From contig OZ286461.1 of the NCBI GenBank assembly GCA_965644265.1, positions 86,738,001 to 86,802,000 of the forward strand: 64,000 nt of DNA. The letters are read 5' to 3'. Source of the DNA: Glycera tridactyla (Eukaryota). Under the pieces are notes generated by a model. It ran no database searches and had not been told where the DNA came from. It saw only the letters and a program-made list of their open reading frames with translations. A program made the translations under genes and the position numbers. This document shows positions 49,291 to 62,098 of this stretch, piece after piece; position 1 is the stretch's first letter; every line of letters begins with the position of its first letter.

Positions 49291-52200
49291 GAGATACAAT
49301 TATTCAATTCTGTATCAGCAACACCACCACCTATTACCATAATAATCGCCACTATCACTGCCACAGCTCATATTGTCATCGTGGAGTGATTCACTATTGC
49401 ATATGGGCCGTACCACATTAGAAAGCCTGCTAACACCATATCACATGTAGATAGGAAGAAAGTGGTGAGGGTAGTGTAAAAACCCAGCTGATGAGCTTGC
49501 TCCATTTCTTGCAGATTAGCAGTCTCTGATACACATGGCTATTTGTGAGTTGCCAATTGTCACTTTGTCCTCCTGTTTGCCAGGTCATGAGGCAATATAC
49601 CACTTCTCTAGATAACATGTTGCTACTGACAAAGAAAAGAGTTGGGCTCTGTGGAGGGATCTCATTATATAAATCACTCTCTCAAAAATGTTGTTGAGGT
49701 AGGTGGCCTTTGAAAAGAGGTGGTTTCTCCAGCAGGTCAAACTGTACACAGTAAACCTGTATTCAGCAACCACCCAAAGGATGCCAAAAAGTGGTTGCCT
49801 AATACAGGTGATTGCTTGTTACTGGTGAATTATAGTGAAAAATTCGGGAAATGAGAAAGTGGCTGCTTTACTGAATACAGTGGTTGCTTGATGGGTCATT
49901 CTCAGATAAGTGGGACTTTCATGCCACCCTCAGCTGAAAGTCAGTTGGTGGGGCTGAAGTGATTTCTCTCTGTTTGTTGGTAAGGAGAATTGTGTTGTCA
50001 AGTATGCCTATATGATAAACACCATCATTTGGGTATTTTGTGTAAGCTGTGTCCACCCGAAGCCAGTGATTTGAGTCAGAGAGCCATGTCACAACTTGGA
50101 GTTATGGACTTCACACTCCAAAAAAAGAATGTCATACTCACTATACATTCTATTTCTGTAGACAAAATGATGGCTAAACACCAGTGTTTTTACCTAATAA
50201 TAGTTGTTCCCACCAAGATATGTACAGTTGCTGAAGTTCATGAGTCGTATACTGGTCACAAGGACCTGTGTCAACTCTGTTACCATCACCGTATAATGAC
50301 TCCCAGTGGATGCAGAATGAACCAGGGAGTGAAAAGTCTCCACCAAGCAACAGTCATTTCCCTCCTTGTTTTGACCTCCATAAAAGCAGTAGTGGGTGGG
50401 AAATGTAAATACTCAGTTTTTCGCAGTTTTTCTATGAAAACAAGCTGTCTCAATTATCTGCTGTCAACTGAGTTACCCAGTTATTGCCCAGATGAAGAGT
50501 GATAGGGAACTGTCATTTTATCTGCTTAAACTTGAAGTGAGACTTACCATCAACAACAACAGATAGAGTCAAGACATGGGGTTATGCAGGAGAGGGGCTT
50601 CAAAATGTGGAGATTTGTCAACTGCGTTACTGTCAACTCTGTTACCATCAAAATAGTAATGAAGTTGACACAAATAGTAACAGAGTTGACAAAATGAATG
50701 ATTGTATTGAATATTCTTGAAGACATAGGAACAGGCATGCAGAACTGATACTAGATACAGATTAGGTAACCAGAAAATCCTTATACATCAGTCAGTTTGT
50801 GCATGGTGAAGCTGTTGCTTCGTTTAAGTGAGAAAGTAACAGAGTTGACCATCATGATAACTGAATGGACATGGATACCACAGAGCGCTATGGATTATAT
50901 GCTCATGAACTGACACAAAGTATATCAGGTTCTCAGGGATTATGGACCTTTTCAGACATTATGTCACCAATCACCAAAGAAGTAACAGAGTTGAATAGTA
51001 TGGTAACGCAGTTGACATTCTATTGCAGTCTTTGTTACTTTTGAACCCCGCAAACCGACACTAATTATCCCAGGTAATAGGGACCTTTGGCTCTTTTTTT
51101 TTAATTATAAACTATGGCTTAAATGCTAGAAATGGGCATTTCATGAGTGGAAGTCTTCTAGCAAACTTCAACATGGATAATCACAGTCCAAATAGACTGA
51201 TTGAACCATCAACAGATTACCGGTAATTACTGAACCTAGTTGCAGCTCTAGTGACCTCGAACTGATGACTTCAGAAATGGCACCTTGAGTGTCTGTGAAT
51301 TTCATATCATTTCTTCTTCTGTTGGGGACCCAGAAGGAGGAGTCATGCATGGGTGTCACAATATAGCCCAGATGGTGCTGACGTGACATCAAACCAACCA
51401 AACATCGAACTGATGTGCCTGGCACCAGCTTTGTCTAGAATAACAATATCAGCTACAGGCAAACTGTCAGCTACCTATACCTGAGACCATTTCACTCAAA
51501 ATAGAAGAAAGAGCTTAGAGGGATAGAAAAATGTGATGAAAAAGAAACCTGGTGATAGTGGAATTTTATTAGGAAATGCCTACGACAGAAATCTGGAGGT
51601 ATGTTTTCATTCAACCCCACCCCACCGAAAGCTAATGAGAAAAAGCGACATCATCCCTGATGGCAAAAGCCAAAGAGAATATCCTGCACCCATTGGTTGC
51701 TGCTCTCATTCTCACAAACCCTGAACACAAGATGATGGGGAACCTGAGAGGCTGTACACAAGATGATAGGGACCAGAGAGGTCTTCAAGCGAAAGTAGCT
51801 GACAGTTCAGACACACCTCTAACATTACAATATCAACATAGTGAAGCTGACAATGGCAAATCAAACTACAGTCCAACCTGGTCCAACAACCACCTCCATA
51901 TAACTGATCCCTGTCTATAGCGACCACTATCGGTAACGACCGTCTTATTTTCTCTTTATTTCACCTGTATATAACGACCACCTATTCAACGCGACCACCA
52001 ACCGCCCTTTTGATGCCTGGTACTCGAAAATACCTGCGTATAACAACCGCCGGTCGTCCACGTGAGCGAGAGGATCAGTAAGGAGTGCCGTGAAACATCA
52101 AAGACAACCATGTAGAGAAGCCAATTCACGCCTCACCACGGCTGTTGTTGGTTCGTTCGCACCTCCATACATCAATGATTCACGGATACAATCCATGCTG

Positions 52201-53723
52201 AGGTGATCTCCGCCACTGAAAACACATGTCAAGGCCGAAAGAGCATGTATTTCGCAATGAAAACAAAAGGCTGGCTTCACCAATAGCGATTTGAGCGCCA
52301 TTGTTAGGTCATGTGATGAGACTCGCATCCCGAATATAAAGGGAAACCTCAGAATTGCGTCATATATACTTCAGATAATCTATGCAAATTAGTTTTTTTT
52401 CCGCATTCATATTTGGTCATCATCGATCATGTGACGAATGGTAGTCGAAATGGCGGAACAAAATCGGATGGTTATACAGGCATTGTTTTCATCACCTTTA
52501 TGGCGAATTTGTCGGAATTTTCTACCAAACGATCATCAAACGTGCCATTAAATTTGATATTCGTGCATATGGGACTATTGATTCACACCCGGCAAGTATT
52601 TTTGGTGTTTTGAGAGCGATTGCTGGAAATGCACATCCTATGATACAGAGCTCTACAGCTGTTCTTCGGGCAGGTGGAGTTAGATTTTTACCTGCCATCC
52701 TTGCAATTATCACCTGCCCTCCTGCATGATAGGCTAAATAATGGGTAGGTACCAGCTCATCAGGCAAGCTGACTCATAAAATCACCCGTCCTATCAACCA
52801 AATCCACCTACCTGTGCCAGTAGGGCAACCCTTAGCATAGAGCCCTGTGATACCCACATTTTTCTTGTTGGTACTCACAGGGAAAGTAAAAGTTCAGATG
52901 GAGTTGGGGGAATACTTTGTTCAAGTCAGAAAAATTGGATATGAATCTCATTTATCAACTAATGACAGGCAGGTTGTTCCTGAAGCACTCATGAAATGGC
53001 TGGTCAACTCTGTTACCCACCTGTCAACTCTGTTACTCAGTTGTCAACTCTGTTACCAGTACCTTATCTGTTTATTATGATGAAACAAAACATTGGTTTT
53101 ACTCGTAATTCAAACCACTGAAGAACAGCAACTATAACTTTTAGTTGAAGTCCAATTATAAATTGTAAATTTCAGTTGGTGGTAGAGATATCATTGTTGA
53201 AAGTAGGTTGAAATTGCAAATTTCAGGTCATCTAGATTGAAATGCCCCAATATCTGCCAGTAGTCTTCATATATCACTGCATAAGATACTAGTGGATAAT
53301 TTGTCATGTTACTACAACTGGTGTTATAAGATAACCATAGTGATGAACAGTCTGTTAATCTTTCTCCATCATATGATCAAATGGCCATGTCACTTAACAG
53401 AGTTGACACAATATGTATGCATGTCACTTTGAGGGTCTATAGTTCATAGAATAATAACGATTAAGCTCGCCAAAGCATACAACCATATTCTAGAAGTTCT
53501 GAGACTCCAAAGTTTTCAATAAAATAGTGTTCTGAAAGAAAAAAAAGTTTAGGATTCCTTTTGGTCAAAGTCCCACTTATCTGAGAATGACCCTGATACA
53601 GGTTTGACTCTACCTAGATTGAATGGAAGACAATTTGATCAAGATATAAATAACTGAGGAGAAGACCAACAGGATTTGTTCTTAGCATGTAGCAGGCCCT
53701 TTTTCAACTGTAACCATCTCTTT

Positions 53724-54701
53724 CATGGTTCGCACAGTCTTCAAAAGTACTTGAAAATTGTCATGAGTGCTTGAAAGTGCTTGAATTTGATTGCCGTCTT
53801 GAAAACTATGGGAAATCATGGAAAAGTGCTTGCTTTTCGTGGAAAGTGCTTGAATTCAGCGAACTTGGTCAGAATATTGCGAATTCGCCATATATTTGGT
53901 GATAAATGCGATGAAAGATTACAGAAACGAAGTTGCGAGCTGTCGAATCGCACGACATGGGCGCCGCCATCTTGCAATATTGATCGGCGCAAACGCGTGT
54001 TTGTACACGAAGAACAAGATACATGTGCTGATTCGCAGTTCACCAAATATCCGCTACATGGCGAACATCCATATAGACGCATATTATGACATCTAGCTGT
54101 TGGTCCGGTAACCAGACCATCAATTTTTCGCAGCGCTGTCCCATGGCGATAATCGGAACTGGGGTGGTGGTGGTTGTGTGATAGCGGTGGTTCATTCATG
54201 GTGGTGATTGTGGTCTATGGTGGTCAGGGATGGGTTCAGCCCGTGTTTCTGAGGTAAAAATTCCATTTTCTAAATTTGAAAAAAAAGGTTCTGAGACGAA
54301 CCTTTTTCATGCTTTGCCTGCAAAAAGTTTCATGGGCCAATCGGCCGATATTTTGGAAATCCTGGATGCAGCTGTTCATAATTCCCAGCCCTGATTTTAG
54401 AAATATCCATGGAATTTTGATGGAAACCTGACAACTTAACTAGCTCCGAGTATTTATTGGAGTCATCCACCCATCTACCTTTTTGAGAGACTACTGGAGA
54501 TGCTGAAAATCACTGCTGAAAATGAACCCAAACTACTGAAACCTAGGTGTCTCACGGTTGGCACCGCAGAAAAAAAGGGCTTCAAAAGCATTTCCCCAAC
54601 TAATGTAAGCCACTGACAGAGTGCTTGAAAAACTCGGCGAGTCCTTGATAATTCCTTGAAAAGTGCTTGAATTTTTTGGGGGAATTTCTGTATGAACTAT
54701 G
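53724..54701. mobile_element. hAT-type non-autonomous element (~978 bp)
   Basis: TIR catggttcgcacag vs reverse complement catagttcatacag; dense AAGTGCTTGAA subterminal repeats at both ends; flanks TCTTT / TCTTC (possible 5-bp TSD with one mismatch). Confidence 0.72.
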
Positions 54702-55149
54702 TCTTCAATCATCTCACAGTTGCACATATTTGACAAGTTGATTGCATGTTTGATGATTTGTTGGTTAAAACCGCTACATTTCCACCAAGAACATTATGAA
54801 TCCACTGAGTATTTGAGGTGAAAAAACTGTCATCATAATGAAGAAAAGCTTGCATGGGACAAGTACCAATCATATGGATATGAAAATTTTACTTTATGTT
54901 AGATAGTTATTTTCGGTAAAACTGCATCAACCACATGTTCGACAATTCGATCGCATATTTGATCATTTTTGGGTGAAAGCGCTACATTTTCACCATGAAA
55001 TTCATGAATTCACCCAGCTAATATGAACAACCACAGCCATCAGCTATTTTGAATTTTCTTTGAATATGAGTTTAGGTTTTCAGGATTGACTGAATCTTGT
55101 TAGTGCTGAATCCATCTTATTGGCAGCAAATCTGGTGCATGAATTTGGA

Positions 55150-55600
55150 CTTATCTGATATATGGAGGGTATTTGCCCATGTGGGCATTCAGGTTGCCAA
55201 CATTAGGATTGTAGTGTTGGGTCTCTTCGGACATATCCGACAGTGACTTTGTAGTCTGGCCTATTGGATATATTGGTATCAGATATGCTACTATTTATCG
55301 TGATGTCAGATGCAACAGGCAAGCCAACCTATTTACCTTTACTTTTGCATCAAAGGCAGCTCATGTTTCAACCAATCTTCTCATTGGCCTGCTACTTATT
55401 GTCATACAGCCTGCCATATACCAACCACCTCTTTGGGCCGAAGTTTAAATTCTTTCACTCCCCTTCGGATAATAATTCTGTCAAAACTGCTGTGATTGAA
55501 AAGTCTGCACAATTGGCACTATCTATGGTCAACGCAACTGTGAAATTTGCTTCTTAGAAGATTGAAGTTTATTTACGTTTTGTACATATGAACAGGTGAA
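55150..55600 (-). pseudogene. Degenerate LINE APE-endonuclease remnant
   Basis: Minus strand reads RGGWY (cf. RGGGV..Y) and VGNLNAHMG (cf. GDxNAH). Confidence 0.3.
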
Positions 55601-57659
55601 GGACTTTTGTCCTTTAACATTTAGAAGTTGAATTGTGTTGAGGCAATATTCATGGGATATCATTGAAATCATCTGTCTAGAAGTACTGTCTTTTGCTTGG
55701 ATTTCTAATGGGTGATTGCTAGAATTCACATCATTTTCTGCAGATTATGATGACTTTGCTGAGAACTCAGAATTAGAATCATACCCAACACATTATCATC
55801 AGATATCGCATCTAGCATGGATGTAATCGCCGTCAACCATGCTGATTCACAGGCGGGTGGTAACATGGTTAGTTAGCACACACATGCAGTAACCCATCCT
55901 GAGTCACCTGACACAATCTCCCAACGCTCATTCGCCATAGAACAATCAAGGTCAAGGGTCAACTGAAGTGCCATAGTGTATTGTTCAAAATGACATGCCA
56001 ACTATAAACACATCCCTTTTCAAGACAGAGCACTTTAGGAGGGGATATGTGTGTAGTTAATAGGCCAAGTGTATGAGAGAGCTATGGGCTCATCTGAGTG
56101 AAGCCATTGAGTTCATTGGACAGAAGCATTGATGGGGATTTACACAATTGTGGGTCGGTTAATTGTGTTGCTCCATCCACAGAGTATATCTGCGCTGTCA
56201 GAATGATGCTATTCCGTCCGACGTAATTTCATAAATTCATGCCCGAGAAATGATTGATGCCTGTGGCCAGCCATCCCACTTTATTCCATGGATATCGCCC
56301 ATGGGCCATTTCAGACTAGTATACGAAGCTGTCATGATTCAGCTGGTCGTGCTAAGTTGCTGTACTCTTCTATAGGAAATATTAAATTTTGAGGTAAAAA
56401 TGCAAGTTTTTGTGTGAACTTGTATTTCAGTGAATCAGGCAGGTGCGGGATGCGGGGTGACAAGGATGCTGTGGATATGATGTGGAGATTATCATCAGAG
56501 GACCAGGTAGTAATTGTATCAGTAAAGCACCTGTCATTTATAGGCCTTGTTTGAGGCACTTGTAGAATTCAGTGAGATCAGGTGAGAAGTGGAGTTGGGA
56601 AACGCGATGCGAGCAACACACGGGCTCGGGCTCTAGATCAGATATATTAAGTGTCGCCGGACCAGATTGCCTGTATTACACTACTGATGTGATGCTATCG
56701 TAACCAGCTCTATCGATCCGCTGCAAGACCACAGCGGCGACGACAACGACTACGATGGTCGTGGGGAAAAATAAGTCTCATTTGCTTACTGGTAATAAAC
56801 AGCGGCCGGCCTGCCACGCACTGACTCTTTGTCTTCATTTAACCCATCGTAAGCTGAGATTGTGGGACGTCAGCATGCATGAACTATACATCGCAAACAA
56901 CAAATTCTGATGAAAAATTCAGTCATGGATCAACTTATCCAACACAAAAAAATTCGAGAAGCATATGTGCCCCAGGCACCCAAAGTCTTCGTCTTGATTG
57001 GAACCGCAATGGGCAGTTATATGCCTGCAATAGATTTGCATCTTCACAACAACATTTCCCCACCATTATTTTGGCGAGAAGTTTGACTGTATTGAATCCT
57101 AAGAAATAACCAAGATGTCTTTGATACGTCTGTCATGGTAGTGGCCTTGTTGTATATGAGACAGATTCCTGAAACTACAGTCAATTCCACTCATTTCGTG
57201 ACCCAAGTTATTCCCCGATCTCTCACACGAAAATATATTGAGAAAGATTATACGTACATGGCCATTAGGCAAAGTCTTTGTTGGTCTGAATACAACCTTC
57301 TTCAAGTGTTGGCGCGATCGTGAAATCTCACATTTGTAAAGTTCCCAGCATTGGTCACATTGTGCATTGTTTCAAGTTGTATGCTGATGCTGTTTGTACG
57401 TCACAATCGCCGGTCACGTGTCTAACGTCGGCACACTTCTTTTATGGTTACGTCACTGGAATTAATGAATACACACAGATAATTTTCACAGATATCTACC
57501 TAATGACAGCGGGTTCGTTTCTCAGATGAAAAACAGCAACTGTCGAAGTTGAAGTTGAAAAACTTTTATTTAATACCACGGACATGATTCGTGATTGATG
57601 GAAATGAGGGATCTTTCATCTCATCTTTATCAGTAAATATTTTGAATCCTTTTTGAATC

Positions 57660-58090
57660 CTTAAACTCAGACATTCTGATATTCTCCCTGCTCTCCTAGG
57701 CTATGGATTTACACCTGTTGAATTTTCAGCACCCATCTTGAATTTCAAGGTCACTGAGTGCAAAATGGTTTCCAGACAATAACTTTGTAAGTTTTAGGGC
57801 TAGCCTTCTCAAACTTGGTGTACAGTCTCTCATAGACATTGCCAACACACCCATTGATTTTTCAGTGACCATCTTCAAATTCAAGGTCGAAAGAAATTCA
57901 AGACAATCACTTCATAAACTTCAGACATTCCCAGGCTCTGGCAAGATTTTAGGGTTGCCATCTCAACTTACAATGTCATTGAGTGCGAAAATGTATTAGT
58001 TTTGTTCATTTATTTCACTTTTCTCATTTACTCTTCCTGTGACGAGCATGCTCTCAGGGGGCATTCACACCCATTGAGTGCATCTACAGG
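57660..58090 (+). mobile_element. Degenerate relative of the 24.4-kb HINE-like element
   Basis: ttcaaggtcactgagtgcaaaa, ccagacaataact and aaacttggt..a match the 157-bp unit; ends gggggcattcacacccattgagtgc, like a HINE 3' subTIR/hairpin. Confidence 0.55.
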
Positions 58091-59044
58091 CTAGTGGTGA
58101 TACACAGGCATCATGATGAGGGTGCCAAAGGGTCAAAGGTCAAGGTCACAGGAGCTATTTTCAGAATTTGATATTTTTTTTACAATAATTCGACTAAACC
58201 TCAACCAGTATGGACAAATCTCACTTGCTGAATTGTTCTAGTTTCCTATTTCACCATGAGCTGATCAAGGGCTTCCCCTGTTAGCAAGATTCCACTCAAA
58301 CAGGACACATTGTCATACTCATGACTAGGTATACTACATCATTGGTCACTCAAAGGATAGTTGTCAACCAATAATGTCTAGCTTATCAGTGAGCATGCTC
58401 AATTCAAGATGAATGAGCAAGCAGGTGGGAAGCCAGGCAGGCATGCAGGTAGTGAAAAAGTACATAATTTAGTGAGTGGGGGGGGGGGGGAGAGACATAT
58501 TGAGTGAGGAGGTACCTCACTAACATTCTAGTTGACTTTAGTACTGTATCACCTATGTAGAGTTGAACCTGTCTACAAATCTCACCCTTGGTTGAAACAA
58601 AGTGGTTGTTATAAACAGGTGTCTTTTATAGAGTTCATTCATGATATAAATAGCACAGTCACCCCTCAGGTTAGGCCATACTAATTTCCTTATCAACATC
58701 AGTCATGTAACTAGTCTGGTTATAGATGATAACTTCTTTGCGGTGAGGAAAATGTACAGTAATACATGTCCACAACCACCCCCTACCCTGTCACATTGGA
58801 AAAGTGACTGCTGTAGACAGGTGGCCTTTGTTGAGAGGTTGTTTGCTTTTTGTGATTGGTCCCATCACTCATGACTCCTCACATTATGCAAATGATCAGT
58901 TTGTTCCCATGTACTATGGTCACGATTCAAAAGACAATTTATTTTCAGTCTTACTTTCACACAGGTTGGAATGAAAATTAGTGATGTTTTCAGATTGAAT
59001 AAGTTGTCTTCAGATTGAATAAGTTTGTCTGTTCATCTATTGTA

Positions 59045-59222
59045 CAGTGAAACCTGTCTTGTGAGACCCCTCTTTTGGGAGACCACCCTCTAATGGGAGA
59101 CCGCTCTTTATTGGCTCTTCTCTATTTGACATAGTCAAATATACCTCCAATGAGAGACCACCTGTCCCGAGAGACCACTTTTTATTGGCATTTGGGGCGG
59201 TCTCCCAAGACAGGTTTTACTG
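59045..59222 (-). mobile_element. Tc1/mariner-type MITE, subfamily A, full length (178 bp), opposite orientation
   Basis: ta|cagtgaaacctgtcttgtgagacc ... ggtctcccaagacaggttttactg|ta; reverse complement of 37663-37840. Confidence 0.92.
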
Positions 59223-59418
59223 TACTAATATTTCAATTCTTTTCTAGGATTTGTGAACTAAGTATAAAAGAGAATATGAATATTGTATATTTGTGTGTAT
59301 GATTTGCTACAATATTGTGAAACAATTGTCATGCGGGTAATAACATACCCGGTACTCAGAGATGTGGAATGGAGCCCTGGTGCTGGCTTCCCCCCCCCCC
59401 CAAGTCTAAATGAAAGTA

Positions 59419-59420
<2 letters not shown>

Positions 59421-59458
<38 letters not shown>

Positions 59459-59480
59459 CACTTACTTATTTACTTACCTG
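59421..59480. repeat. (CTTA)n / (TAAG)n microsatellite, 14 units
   Basis: Read directly; ends cttacctg. Confidence 0.95.
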
Positions 59481-59658
59481 CTGTTTAATGTGTTTCAGGT
59501 ATGTAGGTGGGCCGAGTGTTGGTTTTACCAACATCCACTGCACAATGGCTTACCATCACTCCAAGCATCCTTAACAACCCGACATTGAAGGTACATCAGT
59601 TCATTTACTTTCTGTATTCACCATTTCTTCCTCAACATGGCATTGTCATACGTACCAT

Positions 59659-60068
59659 CAGTGTATAAATTTAACACCTGTCCTCCTGCCCGAGACCGGT
59701 GAATCAAGGGGGGGGGGGGGGGGGGAACCAGTGAATTCAATTGATGCCAGTTCACTGGTCCTCCTGACTGGTGAATTATAAGTGCCCCATCCTGTGAATT
59801 GGAAGTCTTCACAAAATCTGAAGGTGTTCAAGGAGTCTCCCAAATTACCTCTAGCATGGCAATGATAGTCAGATTCTGACTCATATAAATGAGTTGAGAT
59901 GATCCTGCAGCTGAAGTAGCATTTATAATCAGCAGTTGAAAATTTCCGATGATTCAAAGATCTGAATGATAAATGGGAGGACCAGTGAAATTCAAGGAGG
60001 ACCAGTGACTTTTGCAATTTCACTGGTCCACTGACCAGGTGAATGAGAATCGTTCAGTTCATACACTG
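59659..60068. mobile_element. hAT-type MITE with 5-bp TSD (hAT5-like), 410 bp
   Basis: TIR CAGTGTAT(A/G)AA; TSD ACCAT at 59654-59658 and 60069-60073; repeated accagtga / tcactggt subterminal motifs at both ends. Confidence 0.82.
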
Positions 60069-61293
60069 ACCATTTAGCCAATAACCTCCCTTGAATCTTT
60101 TATGACCGTATACATGTTAAGATATGGTACTGTCTCTAAAGGTGGTGACCTCATCTAAGATAAAATATTCAATCCATTTGAATAACTGCCAGTACATACC
60201 ATGACAATATAATCACACAGACTCTTTGATTGAAAATGTACGGATCTTTGTGCACATTTATGAAGGTTCCATGTGCCATTTCGGATTTGCAATCATATAA
60301 ATGTATGTAAAATTCAATGTGCCTTCTGGACATAAGATATATGGCTAATAGTGCCCTCTCACGACTTTATGTGCCATTTAGCCCAAAGCACAGAGTAAGG
60401 ATATCCATCTATGTATGAACCCAAATGATTAGGTAAGGTTCTCATCTGATTAACCGGCTGTGATCAGTGATGCTTATTAATGGAATGTCCTGAAAAATGT
60501 GTGCCACCAGTGTTTGTGTATGCATGAAACATTGGCCATTTGATAGAATAGTGTACTCGATTTTTTCACAACAAAGGACTTTGCCTGAACAAGTGGAATC
60601 ATATGCTGCCAGAAATATTTCAAAGAGAGGGCATTCCCCCCCCCCCCCCCCGACTTCTGAGAGGAGGGGATCTGACTTATGAAGGGGGTTAGGGCGATCT
60701 TCTTTATTTCCAATTTTCAGGAACCTTTTTCAATATCTAGAAGTGGTATTACATCAAACTGTACCACACCATAGCCGATTCATATAGAGTTAGTTGGAAA
60801 AAACATCACTGTCTACAGAGAGCATCCTTGGTTGCATCAAGAAGTGGATTTTGTAGGCAGGTGGCACACGTAGAGAGGTTGTCTTCTGCAGGACATTCTA
60901 TCATGGATACTGCTCGAGACGGCTTATGTGGGCAGGTGGCCTTTGTATAGAAGTTTTCTAGAGCAGGTTTCACTACATTGGATAAAGTTAGTTTCCTGTA
61001 GGTTCGATGGGAGCTATATTGCCCTAATTGAATACTGGTTATTGTGAGTGCGATCATCGCAGGCAAGACAATGAGATATATGTGTCAGCGATTCCCTGTT
61101 GGTTTTGTTAGAAACCGGCAGATGTCTAGTGAGCTTCCTTTTGAGGTGGGAGCGTGTCGTTATTGTTGCCAAGATTCTGTCGGATTTATAGAATTAGTGT
61201 GGGAGTGACACGAAATGGCAAGTTAAGAGCTGTGTCTCTGCAGTGGTCTCCCCATCTTCCAATCTTGCAGCATTTATCGCTAGGTACCATTTA

Positions 61294-61620
61294 CAGTGAA
61301 ATCTGCTATGAGAGACCACCCTAAATGTCACCAAAAAGTGGTCTTTAGTCGGAAGTATATTTGACTATGACAAACAGGGAAACTGCAATGGAAAAGCAGT
61401 CTACCATCGGAGGTGTTCCCTTGTTAGGGGTCTCTTGTTGCAGGTTTCATTGTACAGTGAAACCTGTGACAAGAGACCACCCCAAAAGTTGGTTTCTCAA
61501 AAGAGGTGCTCTCTCATCTGAGGTATATTTGACTATGACAAATAGGGGAGCTGAAATGGAAAGGCGGTCTTCCGGCAGAGGTGGTCTCTCATCAGGGGTC
61601 TCTTGTTGTCGGTTTCACGC
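61294..61620 (+). mobile_element. Two Tc1/mariner-type MITEs head-to-tail (61294-61452 and 61455-61620) sharing one TA
   Basis: ta|cagtgaaatctg ... caggtttcattg|TA|cagtgaaacctg ... ggtttcacgc|ta; both share ggtatatttgactatgacaaa.aggg. Confidence 0.85.
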
Positions 61621-61771
61621 TACCCTGAAATGAACTTATCTGCTCCTGGCTCTATCTGAATGATCTAAATGAATGACTGTATGAAGCGATATACCTCACG
61701 ATTTGACATCTGTGAGGGAGTAGTCCGAATGCATGGAATTCATTCATCTGTGGGAGCAAATCTTTGTGTGA

Positions 61772-62098
61772 TCATGAAGGAGGATAGGAAGGAGAAAGTT
61801 CCCCCTCCTTAATGAGGTAGCACACCGCTGTCATCAAACAGATGCCGTAGCTAGATAAAATCCCTGTGAACCTATGTTCGCTTGCGCCACCCCCAAAGTA
61901 GGTCACCTCAGTGCTTGCAGGCTCCAGTGTTCCCCGCTGCCCGCATATATATTGCTTCAGGTGATTAGTCTCTCTATCTCTGTCATTGCTACTTGTTGGG
62001 TGCAAAAGTAGGAGACTGCCATCGAAATCCCCACCAGAATCGGATGACTTGGAGTTAAGATATAGCTTCCATAAGTCAGTCATGGAGCAAGAAATCAA
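61772..62098 (-). pseudogene. Possible L1/Tx1-type APE endonuclease remnant
   Basis: SGGDFDGSLL resembles the GGDFN.L motif; otherwise weak. Confidence 0.25.

Noticed and set aside
48603-49540. 253-aa poly-Glu ORF and an upstream GFLMWYGPYAIV segment resembling GPCR TM6
   Set aside because: The ORF depends on a (TTC)n tract and an N gap, an in-frame stop separates the segments, and the CWxP spacing does not match.
51168-51480. IVILDKAG ... LLLLGPQQ as SF1 helicase motifs
   Set aside because: In-frame stop, wrong spacing and no Walker A motif nearby.
10209-59725. Long C/G homopolymers (10209-10227, 28941-28961, 59708-59725) as regulatory G4 elements
   Set aside because: Simple mononucleotide runs, mostly within TEs and prone to sequencing length error; there is no supporting context.
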